Shown here: in pieces, positions 54,730-64,000 of the stretch
Numbering within the stretch: the stretch's first letter is position 1
Layout: each line of letters starts with the position of its first letter
Source of the DNA: a virus
Lineage: Duplodnaviria; Heunggongvirae; Uroviricota; Caudoviricetes
IMG/VR virus record: IMGVR_UViG_3300028840_006732
Direction: 5' to 3' (one strand)
DNA length: 64,000 nt
Made by a program: the position numbers and the translations under genes
The notes under the pieces: model-generated
Seen by the model: only the letters and a program-made list of their open reading frames with translations
Databases searched by the model: none
Told to the model about the DNA's origin: nothing

Positions 54730-55647
54730 ATGGACGTGATCGCAGATCTGGCCAGGAAGGCCGCCGCTAACTCTTCGTCGATGAGCAAAGAGGCCGGTCT
54801 CGGGCTCGGGAAGATGCTCGGTGGATTGGCCGATGACGCGGGACGTTGGGGCGGGAAACAGCTCTGGCGTTCCGTCTCTCGTCCTCTCAGCACCGGAGGT
54901 TTCAGGCGGAAGTTTTCGCCAGGTCGTGCTTTGGGCACGGCGGCCGTGGCTGCCCCGGCTGCGATGGCGGCCAAGGACTTTCTTCCTGGGACCGGGGGTT
55001 CCTGGAAGGGTCAAGGAAACATCGGCTGGCATCGGCAGCGTGCCACCGGCCAGGCCGGCATGGGCAACATGGCCCAGGCCTGGGCCGCGCGGCCCGGTAA
55101 ATCGCTGTATTCCCTGTTCTCCTCGCAGCAGGGACCGACTTCGGTCCAGGGAGGCTGGGAGTCGGCTGGCGAGAAGACTATCGACCCGGAGACAGGCAAG
55201 GAGATCCAGCAGTTTCAGCGCAGCAAGATCTACTCGCCGGCCGATCAGTACAAGCTGGAACAGTATCAAGCGCTGAAGAAAAGACACGATGCCGCGAGAG
55301 CTGCACAAGAAGCCAAAGTCACGGCCGCACAGAAGGCCTTGGAGTCGGGCAACTACGGCGGAGGTTGGTTCGGCGGCTCGGTGGCCGAACGCCAGGCCGC
55401 CCATAAAACGAAGCTCGACCAGTTGCAGCAGCAGCTCGCGTCTGGTGAATACGGCGGAGGCTGGGGCAGCAACAACGCTGCCGCGATGCAGGCGGAGTTG
55501 GATGCCCAGCGTGAATACCTGCGGAGCATCGGCTTGCTCCGCTCGCAGGCGCCGCAACCGATGCAGCGGGCCCAGTTCCCCGGCATCGCCACACGACCTT
55601 TGGGAGATCCGTCGTTTCGGCGGTACTCGTTGGCATCCCTGCGGTGA
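54730..55647 (+). CDS. Gly/Trp/Gln-rich hypothetical protein
   Basis: GAGGAG 5 nt upstream. Confidence 0.55.
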   Translation: MDVIADLARKAAANSSSMSKEAGLGLGKMLGGLADDAGRWGGKQLWRSVSRPLSTGGFRRKFSPGRALGTAAVAAPAAMAAKDFLPGTGGSWKGQGNIGWHRQRATGQAGMGNMAQAWAARPGKSLYSLFSSQQGPTSVQGGWESAGEKTIDPETGKEIQQFQRSKIYSPADQYKLEQYQALKKRHDAARAAQEAKVTAAQKALESGNYGGGWFGGSVAERQAAHKTKLDQLQQQLASGEYGGGWGSNNAAAMQAELDAQREYLRSIGLLRSQAPQPMQRAQFPGIATRPLGDPSFRRYSLASLR

Positions 55648-55674
55648 CCTTCGATTCCATGGACGGAGCGAAGC

Positions 55675-58326
55675 ATGCTTACACAACTGATCAAGTTCGA
55701 TAAGATCTCCACCGACCTCGGAACGTACTGGCGGTCGTCGGAGCCCTACGCGGTTCTGCGGCACCAGCTTCGCGAGTGGACGCGGGGACCGTTCTTCAAG
55801 ACCGCCAACCTGGGCGGCTCCACCGAGGAAGGCTTCGAGCAGGCGTTCAGCTCGCTGGCGTTCGCCTACCTCAAGGACAAGGCGCCCCGGCTGATCGACT
55901 TCATGGTCGGCTTCCAGTTGGTCGACCGCAACGAGGACTCCACCAAGGCGATGGGGATCTTCGGCTTCCGCGTGGGCAACCAGTGGCTCTACGCCCCGGT
56001 GTTCTTCCTCAACGGCGACCTCAAAGGTCACGAGCTGTTGTACATCAAGAACCAGGACACCTTCGTGCCCATGAAGGAGAACTGGGTCAACGACCTGATG
56101 GCCAAGAAGCCCCACGTCCTGGGCGAGCCCTCGGATCAGGATACCTTCCAGCTCGGCGGGCTCATGCCCGACATGCAAGGCATGTCCTCCATCCCCAGCT
56201 TCGGCAAGCACGGCTTCGACGAGTGGAGCCTGGGCATGCTGCCGCTGGTGGCCGCCGCCAAGAATCGGGCTGCTCGTGCCCTCTTCCGGACCGCCGAACC
56301 GGGCACGAAACTGGCCATGGACGCGATCGGTGCCGCCCCGCAGAAGGCGGCCCTGGCCGAGGTCGCCAACCGGCTGGACCTCAACAACGTCCTCCCCAAA
56401 CACTTCGGACTCCTCAAAACCGCTTTTGAGATCTCGCGGGCGTATCCCCTCATCAAGAAGGGGTTCGATCGCTTCTACGGCACCGACTGTTTCAGCCGGT
56501 GGGCTCGCGAGCTGCGTAGCGGCACGCTCGCCGACATGACGAATATCATGCCCAAGACCGCCGCCGACCGTCCTGCCATGGATGGATCAGTACGGGGCCA
56601 GGGACGGCCTGGCGGCGGTCGTCGCATGCAGACGGATTCGTGCCGCTTGATCCCTGAAGAGGACAAGCCGGATCACCCCGTCAAGTCTGGCGCCCTGACG
56701 ATCCACGTCTACGAAGAGGTGGCCATCGCTCGTAACGTCCCCGAGCTGGACGACGACGATCGCGAGAAGCTGCTGAAGGACACCGTCCTCATCAAGGACA
56801 AGCGGGACCCCCACGGTTCCGAGGCCTCCAAGGCCTACAACACCCAGGTCGAGCAGAAGCTGCTCAACCCCCACGAGACGGGGCTCTACGAGGTCCTGGA
56901 GAAGCCGGGTGACTTCAGCCGCATGCTGGTTATCTCCAACCCGCAGTCCAACGAGGGACAGCGAGACTTCTGCACGGTCGTCCGGATCGGCGATTCCGGC
57001 TCGAAGGCCTGGCTAAACGCTCACCGCTCCAACCTGTGGGCCGACAAGGTCGAACTCCGCGAGGATTTCGACAAGTGGTTCGAGGATCTGGGCGACCGGG
57101 ACAGCCTGAAGAAGGGAGGCACGTACCTGGCCATTGGCGCAAGCGGCAACGGGACGGTTCCCTTCGTCGTCCGGGAGGTCTACGGAGATGGCGCGTACAA
57201 GGTCGATTTCAAGTCGCACTGTGACTACGCTTACGAACGGGACCGTGACGCCCCGACGTTTGGAAGAGTTGAGGAATCGGGTTCGGGGCACTACGTCAGC
57301 CCCTACGGAGCCAAGCTCTACGTCGACGCCGAAGAGAATCGTGGCACGAAGCTCCGCTCGATCCAGGGCGAGCTGCGGGTGCCTGGCGACTTCAAGATTC
57401 TCACGCTGAAGAATCCTCCCAAGCCCAAGAAGCCGAAGGACGAGTGCAACTTGATGCCTTGCGAGGCCGAGCCGGATAGTGAATCGGGCTCCGAGGTCAA
57501 GCCGATTCACCCGGGCAAGTTGGACGACATCCAGATGCTCTTCACCGAGAAGACCGCCGCGCTGAAGATCTGGGACGACGGCTCCGAGGTGCAGATCGGC
57601 TCGTGCCTGGGCAATCATCGTCTCACGAAGCGGGCGGCCCTGATCCATTTGGTTCGCGACCACGGCCTCACCGAGCAGGCTTCCCGGGAGATGCTCAAGC
57701 AGGCCGCGGCAAAGGGTGGCCGGCGGTTTCGCATGGTCTATGCGCCTGGCTTCGGGGACAAGCAGGACATGGTCAAGGAGGCCCTCGGCCCCGGACCGAA
57801 CGCCCCCGCGATGATGCCCCCGGAAATGGGCATCGAGACGATGGGCGGACGGCACGCCGTGCGCTCGATCATGCCGCAGGAAGAGCACATGCCGGTCGAC
57901 GAGATGTCCGCCGGCATGACCGACCCGCAGGTCTGGGATAACTGGCAGAACTACCAGGCCGAGGACTTCCAGAACGTCATGGGCCAGGCCCAGCAGGCCG
58001 CGGCCTCGGGGCAGAAGGAGGTCTTCGACACCTCGGTCATCGGTGGCCTGCTGAAGAGCGTCCGGCAGGACAGCCTGGTCGATCGCTACCTGGGCGACCT
58101 GATGACGGCCCTGGACAAGCTCGGCCGCATCTTGTTCCTCTTCTACTGGCACCAGGAGGAGTTCGAGGACCGCTACGGCAAGGCCGACTTGCCGGAGCTG
58201 GAGGACTCGCTCCGCAATGCCTTCGAGGCCCTGGGCGACGTGGCCTTGTTCCTCAAGGAAAAGACGGTCGAGCCGATCGCCGGCGAGATGGGTGATCTCG
58301 ACTTGGACGAAACGGCCCGGAACTAA
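55675..58326 (+). CDS. large hypothetical protein (883 aa). Candidate virion/structural component; contains palindromic motif copy 4 in-frame.
   Basis: Long ORF with high GC3. No recognisable catalytic motif. Confidence 0.6.
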   Translation: MLTQLIKFDKISTDLGTYWRSSEPYAVLRHQLREWTRGPFFKTANLGGSTEEGFEQAFSSLAFAYLKDKAPRLIDFMVGFQLVDRNEDSTKAMGIFGFRVGNQWLYAPVFFLNGDLKGHELLYIKNQDTFVPMKENWVNDLMAKKPHVLGEPSDQDTFQLGGLMPDMQGMSSIPSFGKHGFDEWSLGMLPLVAAAKNRAARALFRTAEPGTKLAMDAIGAAPQKAALAEVANRLDLNNVLPKHFGLLKTAFEISRAYPLIKKGFDRFYGTDCFSRWARELRSGTLADMTNIMPKTAADRPAMDGSVRGQGRPGGGRRMQTDSCRLIPEEDKPDHPVKSGALTIHVYEEVAIARNVPELDDDDREKLLKDTVLIKDKRDPHGSEASKAYNTQVEQKLLNPHETGLYEVLEKPGDFSRMLVISNPQSNEGQRDFCTVVRIGDSGSKAWLNAHRSNLWADKVELREDFDKWFEDLGDRDSLKKGGTYLAIGASGNGTVPFVVREVYGDGAYKVDFKSHCDYAYERDRDAPTFGRVEESGSGHYVSPYGAKLYVDAEENRGTKLRSIQGELRVPGDFKILTLKNPPKPKKPKDECNLMPCEAEPDSESGSEVKPIHPGKLDDIQMLFTEKTAALKIWDDGSEVQIGSCLGNHRLTKRAALIHLVRDHGLTEQASREMLKQAAAKGGRRFRMVYAPGFGDKQDMVKEALGPGPNAPAMMPPEMGIETMGGRHAVRSIMPQEEHMPVDEMSAGMTDPQVWDNWQNYQAEDFQNVMGQAQQAAASGQKEVFDTSVIGGLLKSVRQDSLVDRYLGDLMTALDKLGRILFLFYWHQEEFEDRYGKADLPELEDSLRNAFEALGDVALFLKEKTVEPIAGEMGDLDLDETARN
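56412..56431. repeat. palindromic motif copy 4, CCTCAAAACCGCTTTTGAGA, inside CDS 55675..58326 (encodes LKTAFE)
   Basis: Exact 19/20 match to copies 1 and 3. Confidence 0.7.
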
Positions 58327-58336
58327 GGACTCAAGC

Positions 58337-58969
58337 ATGAGCGTCTATAGCAGAGAAGTACAAATCACGCTCCCCAGCGGGGCGTTCGCGTACGAGGAAC
58401 TTCCGTTTCCCATGCAGGGCATCCTGGATCGGTTTACGATCACCAAGGTCTCGGGCGCAATCACCACGTTGGAAGCCACCCTCTACAACCGGTTGGGTGC
58501 CTGCTTCGGCGGCATCGACCGGCACTGCTCGGGCGGCGGCATCAGCGCCGTGGCCGACAATGGCAGCGGCAAGGTCCGCTTGACCACCGATGCCGATCAC
58601 GAGCTGCGGATCGGGGACACGCTCCTCCTGAAAGACACGGGAACGGCGTTGGACCTGGAGGTGGGCACCGTCACCGCCGTGCCCGACACGGACATCGTCG
58701 ACCTGGACCTCGACCACGTGGCCGTGGCCAGCGGCTACTGGCAGACGGAGCCCGAGATCGAGAGCTTCGCGCTCCTCCCGGCGGCGGCCTACGTGGTCTA
58801 CTCGACCTCTTCGTTGCCCGATGCCCAGCACAACATGGACCGGGAGTATTGCAATCGCGACAACCAGAGCCTGACGGCACGACGCCGCCACTCCGCTCTC
58901 TACTTGGAGTGCAATCCCAGCCACAAGGGCGTTATCGTCGTCAGCTACAGCGTCAAGTACGACGACTGA
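58337..58969 (+). CDS. hypothetical protein (beta-rich, possible virion component)
   Basis: ATG after AAGGAC. The ORF track extended it 5' to 58217. Confidence 0.5.
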   Translation: MSVYSREVQITLPSGAFAYEELPFPMQGILDRFTITKVSGAITTLEATLYNRLGACFGGIDRHCSGGGISAVADNGSGKVRLTTDADHELRIGDTLLLKDTGTALDLEVGTVTAVPDTDIVDLDLDHVAVASGYWQTEPEIESFALLPAAAYVVYSTSSLPDAQHNMDREYCNRDNQSLTARRRHSALYLECNPSHKGVIVVSYSVKYDD

Positions 58970-58981
58970 AGGTGAGCAAGG

Positions 58982-60040
58982 ATGCTGATTCATCGAATGG
59001 ACTACGACCCGTATCTCCGCCCCGACTGGCGGTTCGAGCGGGTTTTGGAGATGACTTCTCAGACTCCGGAGCCGGGCAAGCCCAACCGGATGGACGACAA
59101 GTACATCAAGGACACTCGTAACTTCTTCCTGAAGTTCCACGGGAAGTTCAGCGAGGAGTCGGAAGACAAGATGCGCCGGGAGCGGGACAAGCTGGAGCAG
59201 AAGATGCCCGGCCTGTACTACGCCTGGAAGATCTACGATGGGGACGGCGGCCTTCACCCCAACACCCGGTTCATGCTGGAGGCCCGCCTCCTGGCCCGCC
59301 AGGCATACGATCGTATCGCCTTCGGGCTGCGGACCAACGTGGACGTCATCCACTGGTACGAGAAAGTCTTCTTCAACGTCACGCCCTGGCTGGACGCCGT
59401 CGACTGGATCGGCGAAATGGTGCTCAACTCCTCGGCAGACCACCTGGTCCAGGCGGAGCGGGCCCACAAGCTCGACAAGAGCAGCGGTAACGACGAGAAG
59501 GAAGACGGCAAGTCGAGATTCGAGGTGCCCCCGGTCGTGAAGGCCGAGTACGACTTCACCTGCAAGTCGATGGCCTACTACGGTGGCGAGCATCTCTGCG
59601 ATCTGCTGTTCCGGGGGTTCATCCCCGGGCGGCCGTGCCGCAGCCAGGACGACATCGACGAGTGGCTCAACGAGACGATGCAGATGATCGTCCGCCGCCG
59701 CTCGTTGCAGGCCGCGCTGAAGTTCGACGTCAACAAGTACAATGTGATGGAGCTTTTCCAGGCGCATCTGCGTATAATCGAGATCGCCAGAGGGGCCGAA
59801 GCAGACGGAGGCAAGCAGACGCCCATCGAGAAGCACATTCACGCCATGTTGGCGGAACTTCCCTGGACGGTCGGCAAGGAAGCCAGGGAATTGTTCGAGG
59901 GCACCGCGGTCGGACAGTTCGACGAGATGGCCGCCGAGCTTCGCGACGACGAGTTGCAGCTCGTGGCGGCCGGCGAGATGCCGAACTTCACCGACTCGCT
60001 CCCGGACATCGAATTTCCCAAGGGAAAGGAGGCCAAATAG
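58982..60040 (+). CDS. hypothetical protein
   Basis: AAGGTGAG upstream. Confidence 0.55.
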   Translation: MLIHRMDYDPYLRPDWRFERVLEMTSQTPEPGKPNRMDDKYIKDTRNFFLKFHGKFSEESEDKMRRERDKLEQKMPGLYYAWKIYDGDGGLHPNTRFMLEARLLARQAYDRIAFGLRTNVDVIHWYEKVFFNVTPWLDAVDWIGEMVLNSSADHLVQAERAHKLDKSSGNDEKEDGKSRFEVPPVVKAEYDFTCKSMAYYGGEHLCDLLFRGFIPGRPCRSQDDIDEWLNETMQMIVRRRSLQAALKFDVNKYNVMELFQAHLRIIEIARGAEADGGKQTPIEKHIHAMLAELPWTVGKEARELFEGTAVGQFDEMAAELRDDELQLVAAGEMPNFTDSLPDIEFPKGKEAK

Positions 60041-60042
60041 GC

Positions 60043-61458
60043 ATGGACACGCTGAGCCCCACCGAAGAGAAGGTCTTGGTCGAAGCCACCAAGACCGCGG
60101 TCGACTACGTTGACAACGACGGCATGACGCCCGACGAGGCCATCATCAAGGTGGCCCGCGAGGAAGCTCTCCTCCCCGGGGCGGTCCGCTCGATCGTCAA
60201 CGCCTACAACAACGGCCGCCAGGTCGCCCAGTGGAACGACAGTCAGAACCTGCTGGACAAGCTGGCCTCGTTCGAGCTGGCCGACTACGAGAAGATCCAC
60301 GACGAGATCTGGGGAGGCTCCGTCAAGGAGGCCCAGGACGCCTACGCGATCCCCAACGAGGTCCACCCCGAGTACGGCCAGGGACCGGAGCTGTGGCTCC
60401 GTCGTCCCCAGCAGGAGAAACTCGCCGGGATGGATCTGTTGACGCTCACCGGTGAGCGACAAGATACCGTTGTGGATCATGAAATCGAATCCATGATCCA
60501 CAAGCACGCCGCCGACAAGGAAGCGCGGAAGACGTACCACGCCCACATCATGACCAAGCGGGCCTTCGACGAAGCTCGGGCCCAGCACTCGCAGGCGAAC
60601 GACGTTTTGAACGTCCGCATCCGTTTGCTGGAGAACTACTTCAAGAAACTCGCGATGGACCGCGTGCCCTTCCACGTCGCAGACGATGTGGCGGGGACCT
60701 ACTTTGGGGCGCAGGGACGCGCCCTCTTTGATCATCTCGCGTCCAAGTTCCCCAACGAGAAACGGGCTGCCGACATGCGGATCTTCCACGAGAAGCCTGT
60801 CTGCATGGAGTGCCCGCCGTTCACGTTCATCTCCGGTGCCATCCAGGCGGCCCGCGCGGTGAACCAGACCAAGGAGGCCCTGGATACAGCACAGGAGGCC
60901 CTGGATAAGGCCGGGGAGGACTTGCGCCCTTTTGTTCGAGGCGGGTCGAGTGCGAACCCGCCGCCCCCGGAATCAACCTGTTTGATCTCGGGGAAGCCGC
61001 TGACTAAAGAAGGCGGCATGGGCATGTTCGCGGCCGGCTCGGCCGTGGCCACCGGCACCCGTCACTTGCTGGATTCGGCCCTCGGCTCGGGCGGCAAGAA
61101 CAAGGCCATCGAGGATGCCCAACTGGAACTGGAGGACCCGGAGCACGAGAACGAGCTGCGGAAGATCCGGGTCCAGGCCATGCTCAACAGCATGATGAGC
61201 GACCCCGAGAACCCCGTCTCCGGGCACGACCCGGAGGAGGTCCTCAACGCCTACAACGAAATCGCCCGCCTGGCCCCGCGACTGGCCGAGCAACAGGTGG
61301 CCGTCCAGCCCTTGCTGGCGAAGCACCTGGCGGGCAACGTCGAGCCTTTCGAGGTCAAGGAAATCGCCGACACCGAGAAGGCTGTCAAAGAAAGTCGGCA
61401 GCCTCCCTCATTCAATACGAACCTGATGCCCAATGGACCCAAGCCCGTCTTTAGTTAG
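60043..61458 (+). CDS. hypothetical protein (helical, scaffold-like composition)
   Basis: AAGGAGG 10 nt upstream. Starts 2 nt after the upstream stop. Confidence 0.55.
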   Translation: MDTLSPTEEKVLVEATKTAVDYVDNDGMTPDEAIIKVAREEALLPGAVRSIVNAYNNGRQVAQWNDSQNLLDKLASFELADYEKIHDEIWGGSVKEAQDAYAIPNEVHPEYGQGPELWLRRPQQEKLAGMDLLTLTGERQDTVVDHEIESMIHKHAADKEARKTYHAHIMTKRAFDEARAQHSQANDVLNVRIRLLENYFKKLAMDRVPFHVADDVAGTYFGAQGRALFDHLASKFPNEKRAADMRIFHEKPVCMECPPFTFISGAIQAARAVNQTKEALDTAQEALDKAGEDLRPFVRGGSSANPPPPESTCLISGKPLTKEGGMGMFAAGSAVATGTRHLLDSALGSGGKNKAIEDAQLELEDPEHENELRKIRVQAMLNSMMSDPENPVSGHDPEEVLNAYNEIARLAPRLAEQQVAVQPLLAKHLAGNVEPFEVKEIADTEKAVKESRQPPSFNTNLMPNGPKPVFS

Positions 61459-62716
61459 CGCCGACCTGGATACGGCCATCAACGCTTTGGCCCTCCGCTC
61501 CGTTGCTCTCCAGCACGGAGCCCCGAGGATGACCAAGGAGGCGTTGGCTGCATCCGACCTGCTCCAGCGGGCCAAGACCTGGTGGGGCGGCCTCAACCCT
61601 GCGCATCAGAAGATGCTAATGGGTGTGGGAGCCGGCGGCGCCCTCGGTCTGGGCAGCTCGATGCTGCGGGACAAGGAAGAGCGGAACCCCCTGCAAAGCA
61701 CTCTCACCGGCGCTCTCGCTGGCGGTGCTGTGGGCGCCGGAGCGGCTGCGCTGACCTCCGGTAGGAAGGGCGGTACAGGTGGCGGCACGCCTTCACCGGG
61801 CGACTTCCAGCATGGCGGCAAGTGGTGGAAGCTCCGCCCCGGCGTCACGCCCACGCCGGAGCAAGCGGCGATCATTGAGAACCTCCGCAACGAGGCCAAC
61901 TCCGGTTGGTGGCGGAAGACCGTCAATGCCGCCGGAAAAGGTACCGCCGACTTCGCCACCTCGCCAACCGGGGCAGCCGGGATCGGTGCCACGGCGGCAG
62001 TAGCCGGAAGACATGCGATCCCGGACAGTCTCCGCCAGAAGATGCCGGGGTGGCTCAACACGGCCACAACGCCTACTCGGTTTGGCGAAGACGTGGGGAC
62101 CAGCAAGGCCAAGCATCTGGAGAGGGGGTTGAAGGATCTCTTCTCCGGCATCGGCGGCGGTGAGCGCTCCGTCACCACGAAGTACGACCCGAGGACGGGT
62201 TTCGCAGCCAACCGAGAGGTGAAGTTCAAGCCCTGGACCAGCAAGAGCGGTATCCATGTCCGCTCGGCACAGCAGCAGGCTCGATTGGCCCGGCTCCAGC
62301 GTTATCTGCGCCACAAGACGATCGGTCCCAAGATGCGGCAGCTTTTCCAGTCCGGGCAGCACGAACGCCTCGCTCAGATCTTCAAGGTCGAACCGTCGCT
62401 GATCAGCCAGTTGGCTGCCCACGGCGCCGAGTCGTCCTTGGCCAAGGGCCTGGCGGAGAAGAGCGTAACGCCCGCGTTTCGGGAATCGCGGATGCACAAA
62501 CTGTTCAGCGGGCTTGGTAAACGGAACCCGTTTCCCAAGACCGTGGCCATGCACACCAGGCTCGGTAAAGCCCGCTTGGCGGGGAAGTATGCCCTACCGC
62601 TGTTGCTCGCCGGTGCCATTTACGGCTATGGTAAACAGAAGGGGACGGCGGGCCAGGCTCAAGACGAGCTGACCAAACAGCTTTCACAGTTCGCGAAGCC
62701 CGTGCCGGCTCAGTAG
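61433..62716 (+). CDS. Gly/Ala-rich hypothetical protein (start uncertain; alternative ATG at 61535)
   Basis: 427-aa ORF with high GC3. GxG-rich segments. Confidence 0.5.
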   Translation: MDPSPSLVSADLDTAINALALRSVALQHGAPRMTKEALAASDLLQRAKTWWGGLNPAHQKMLMGVGAGGALGLGSSMLRDKEERNPLQSTLTGALAGGAVGAGAAALTSGRKGGTGGGTPSPGDFQHGGKWWKLRPGVTPTPEQAAIIENLRNEANSGWWRKTVNAAGKGTADFATSPTGAAGIGATAAVAGRHAIPDSLRQKMPGWLNTATTPTRFGEDVGTSKAKHLERGLKDLFSGIGGGERSVTTKYDPRTGFAANREVKFKPWTSKSGIHVRSAQQQARLARLQRYLRHKTIGPKMRQLFQSGQHERLAQIFKVEPSLISQLAAHGAESSLAKGLAEKSVTPAFRESRMHKLFSGLGKRNPFPKTVAMHTRLGKARLAGKYALPLLLAGAIYGYGKQKGTAGQAQDELTKQLSQFAKPVPAQ

Positions 62717-62734
62717 CAGGGAGGCTAGACAAGG

Positions 62735-64000
62735 ATGTCCATGATCAAGTACGTCTCACCGGCAGGTTGGGACTGGGATCGACCGGTGGTCGTTCCCGTG
62801 AAGTGTTCCAGCCGCGGGCTGATCGGGACGGACCGCGCTGACTTCGTCAAGTCGGCCGGCGCCGCCCACGTCTTCCTTGACGTGCTGGACAATATCAAGG
62901 TCGCCAAGGACGAGGTCCCCCTGCACATCATCGCCCTGGGCGCCATGGAGGCGTACGGGATCAACCGCAACGGGGACGGCTTCCCCAAGAGTGCCTGCGA
63001 GAAGTACCATCCCACCTTCGTGAAGTTCGCCCGGTTCTTCCGCAACCACAAGAACAAGCCCGAGAAGGGGCATCCCCACTTCGGCATCATCAAGGCCTCG
63101 GCCTGGAACCCGCAGATGCAGCGGGTGGAGCTGCTGGCCGTGCTCAACGCCGAGAAGAGCGCCTGCGATCGCAACGGGGGCTTCGTGGCCGACATCGAGC
63201 TGGAGAAGCTCGCCCGCGACGGCGATCTCCCGGTGTCGATGGCCTGCCGTGTCCCCTTCGATGTCTGCACCTTCTGTGGCAACCAGGCCAAGAGCCGCGA
63301 CGACTACTGCACCCCCGGCATGTGCAAGGCCGGCGGCTGCAAGGACAATCTGACCCGCGTGGTGAAGGTCGCCGGAGACATGCACCACCTGGGCGTGAAG
63401 AACCTCTTCCCCACCTGGTTCGACATGAGCCGGGTTTTCCGCCAGGCAGACCGGATCGCCTCCGGGGCCAAGGCCAACTACTTCGAGAAGGCTGCGGCAG
63501 ATGGCGGCGTGTTCGACTTCAAGGCTGCTGCGGAGCTGGCCTCCCAGGATACCGCTCCGATCCAGGTCATCATGTACCAGGACGGGCTGCCCGGGGAGTG
63601 GAGCACCAAGATCGCCGCCCAAATCAAGCTCGGCTACGGAATGGCCTCCTGCGAGGCGATCGAGGCCCAGCGCTCGGCGGAGGCCTATTGTGGCCTGGAG
63701 CCCCAGTCCCCCTTCGACGTCGACGTGCTGGAAAAGCCCGGCTCGGAGAAGGGTGCGGCGGATCTCGGGGCCTTGGCCGACCGGAAGATCATCCTTCACA
63801 TTCGAGACTTCGGCCGCTGGCTCGGGCACGGAGAGGGCCTGGTGAAGGCCGCCTCCGAGCACCTGCCCGGGATCTACCAGCGGATGATCGACGACGACTC
63901 CATCGAGCGTCGAATCGAGCAAAACAAGTACCCCCTGGCCGAGAAGCTGGCCTCTGCGGCGGTTCGTACGGCGGCCAACCTTGGGGCCAGGGAGTATTCG
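62735..64000 (+). CDS. hypothetical Cys-containing protein, 3'-truncated by the window end (not in the supplied ORF track because no stop falls within the window)
   Basis: GGGAGG 10 nt upstream of the ATG at 62735. Open frame of at least 422 codons with strong GC3 bias. Confidence 0.55.
   Translation, partial: MSMIKYVSPAGWDWDRPVVVPVKCSSRGLIGTDRADFVKSAGAAHVFLDVLDNIKVAKDEVPLHIIALGAMEAYGINRNGDGFPKSACEKYHPTFVKFARFFRNHKNKPEKGHPHFGIIKASAWNPQMQRVELLAVLNAEKSACDRNGGFVADIELEKLARDGDLPVSMACRVPFDVCTFCGNQAKSRDDYCTPGMCKAGGCKDNLTRVVKVAGDMHHLGVKNLFPTWFDMSRVFRQADRIASGAKANYFEKAAADGGVFDFKAAAELASQDTAPIQVIMYQDGLPGEWSTKIAAQIKLGYGMASCEAIEAQRSAEAYCGLEPQSPFDVDVLEKPGSEKGAADLGALADRKIILHIRDFGRWLGHGEGLVKAASEHLPGIYQRMIDDDSIERRIEQNKYPLAEKLASAAVRTAANLGAREYS

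Overview
This window is GC-rich (about 65%) and gene-dense, with roughly 75 plus-strand CDSs and one minus-strand gene, a CsrA homologue. Most genes have Shine-Dalgarno-like sites, and many overlap their neighbours by ATGA or TGATG junctions. I read it as a single, mostly co-directional virus- or phage-like (possibly jumbo-phage or other large mobile element) genome segment, not ordinary bacterial chromosome; this is an inference from gene content and layout, not proven.

Content by region:
- 1-4.0 kb: small secreted, membrane and repeat proteins.
- 4.0-20.0 kb: a large glycan biosynthesis and decoration cluster. It includes RmlC-like epimerase, an RmlB-like SDR dehydratase, a DegT-family aminotransferase, a PglD/NeuD-like acetyltransferase, two class I methyltransferases, a CitE-like lyase plus MaoC-like hydratase pair, a sulfotransferase, GT1, GT2 and GT-D-like glycosyltransferases, and an embedded HNH endonuclease.
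- 20,192-20,266: a non-canonical tRNA-like element, followed by a strong terminator hairpin.
- 20.5-24.9 kb: a second glycan set with two GT-A enzymes sharing a DDDxxSHPxR motif, a second sulfotransferase-like protein and a cytidylyltransferase-like protein, then a LuxR-type HTH regulator.
- 29.4-29.6 kb: the CsrA homologue on the minus strand.
- 29.7-36.4 kb: a pyrophosphatase-like plus HAD-like fusion protein, and a class II-like ribonucleotide reductase with an ATP-cone.
- 38.5-41.0 kb: several Tat/Sec-signal proteins, including a thioredoxin-like protein.
- 43.1-54.7 kb: a divergent multisubunit RNA polymerase with unusual architecture. Beta is fused to the N-terminal third of beta-prime, including the NADFDGDQMN motif, in one 1480-aa protein. 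The beta-prime C-terminal part, with the bridge helix, sits in a separate 1346-aa protein that carries a long low-complexity C-terminal extension of roughly 750 aa.
- 54.7-64.0 kb: large hypothetical proteins, some Gly-rich, that I read as candidate virion components.

A palindromic ~20-bp motif, CCTCAAAACCGCTTTTGAGR, recurs four times exactly plus one degenerate copy, both upstream of genes and inside unrelated CDSs. No CRISPR array, rRNA or clear transposase was seen.
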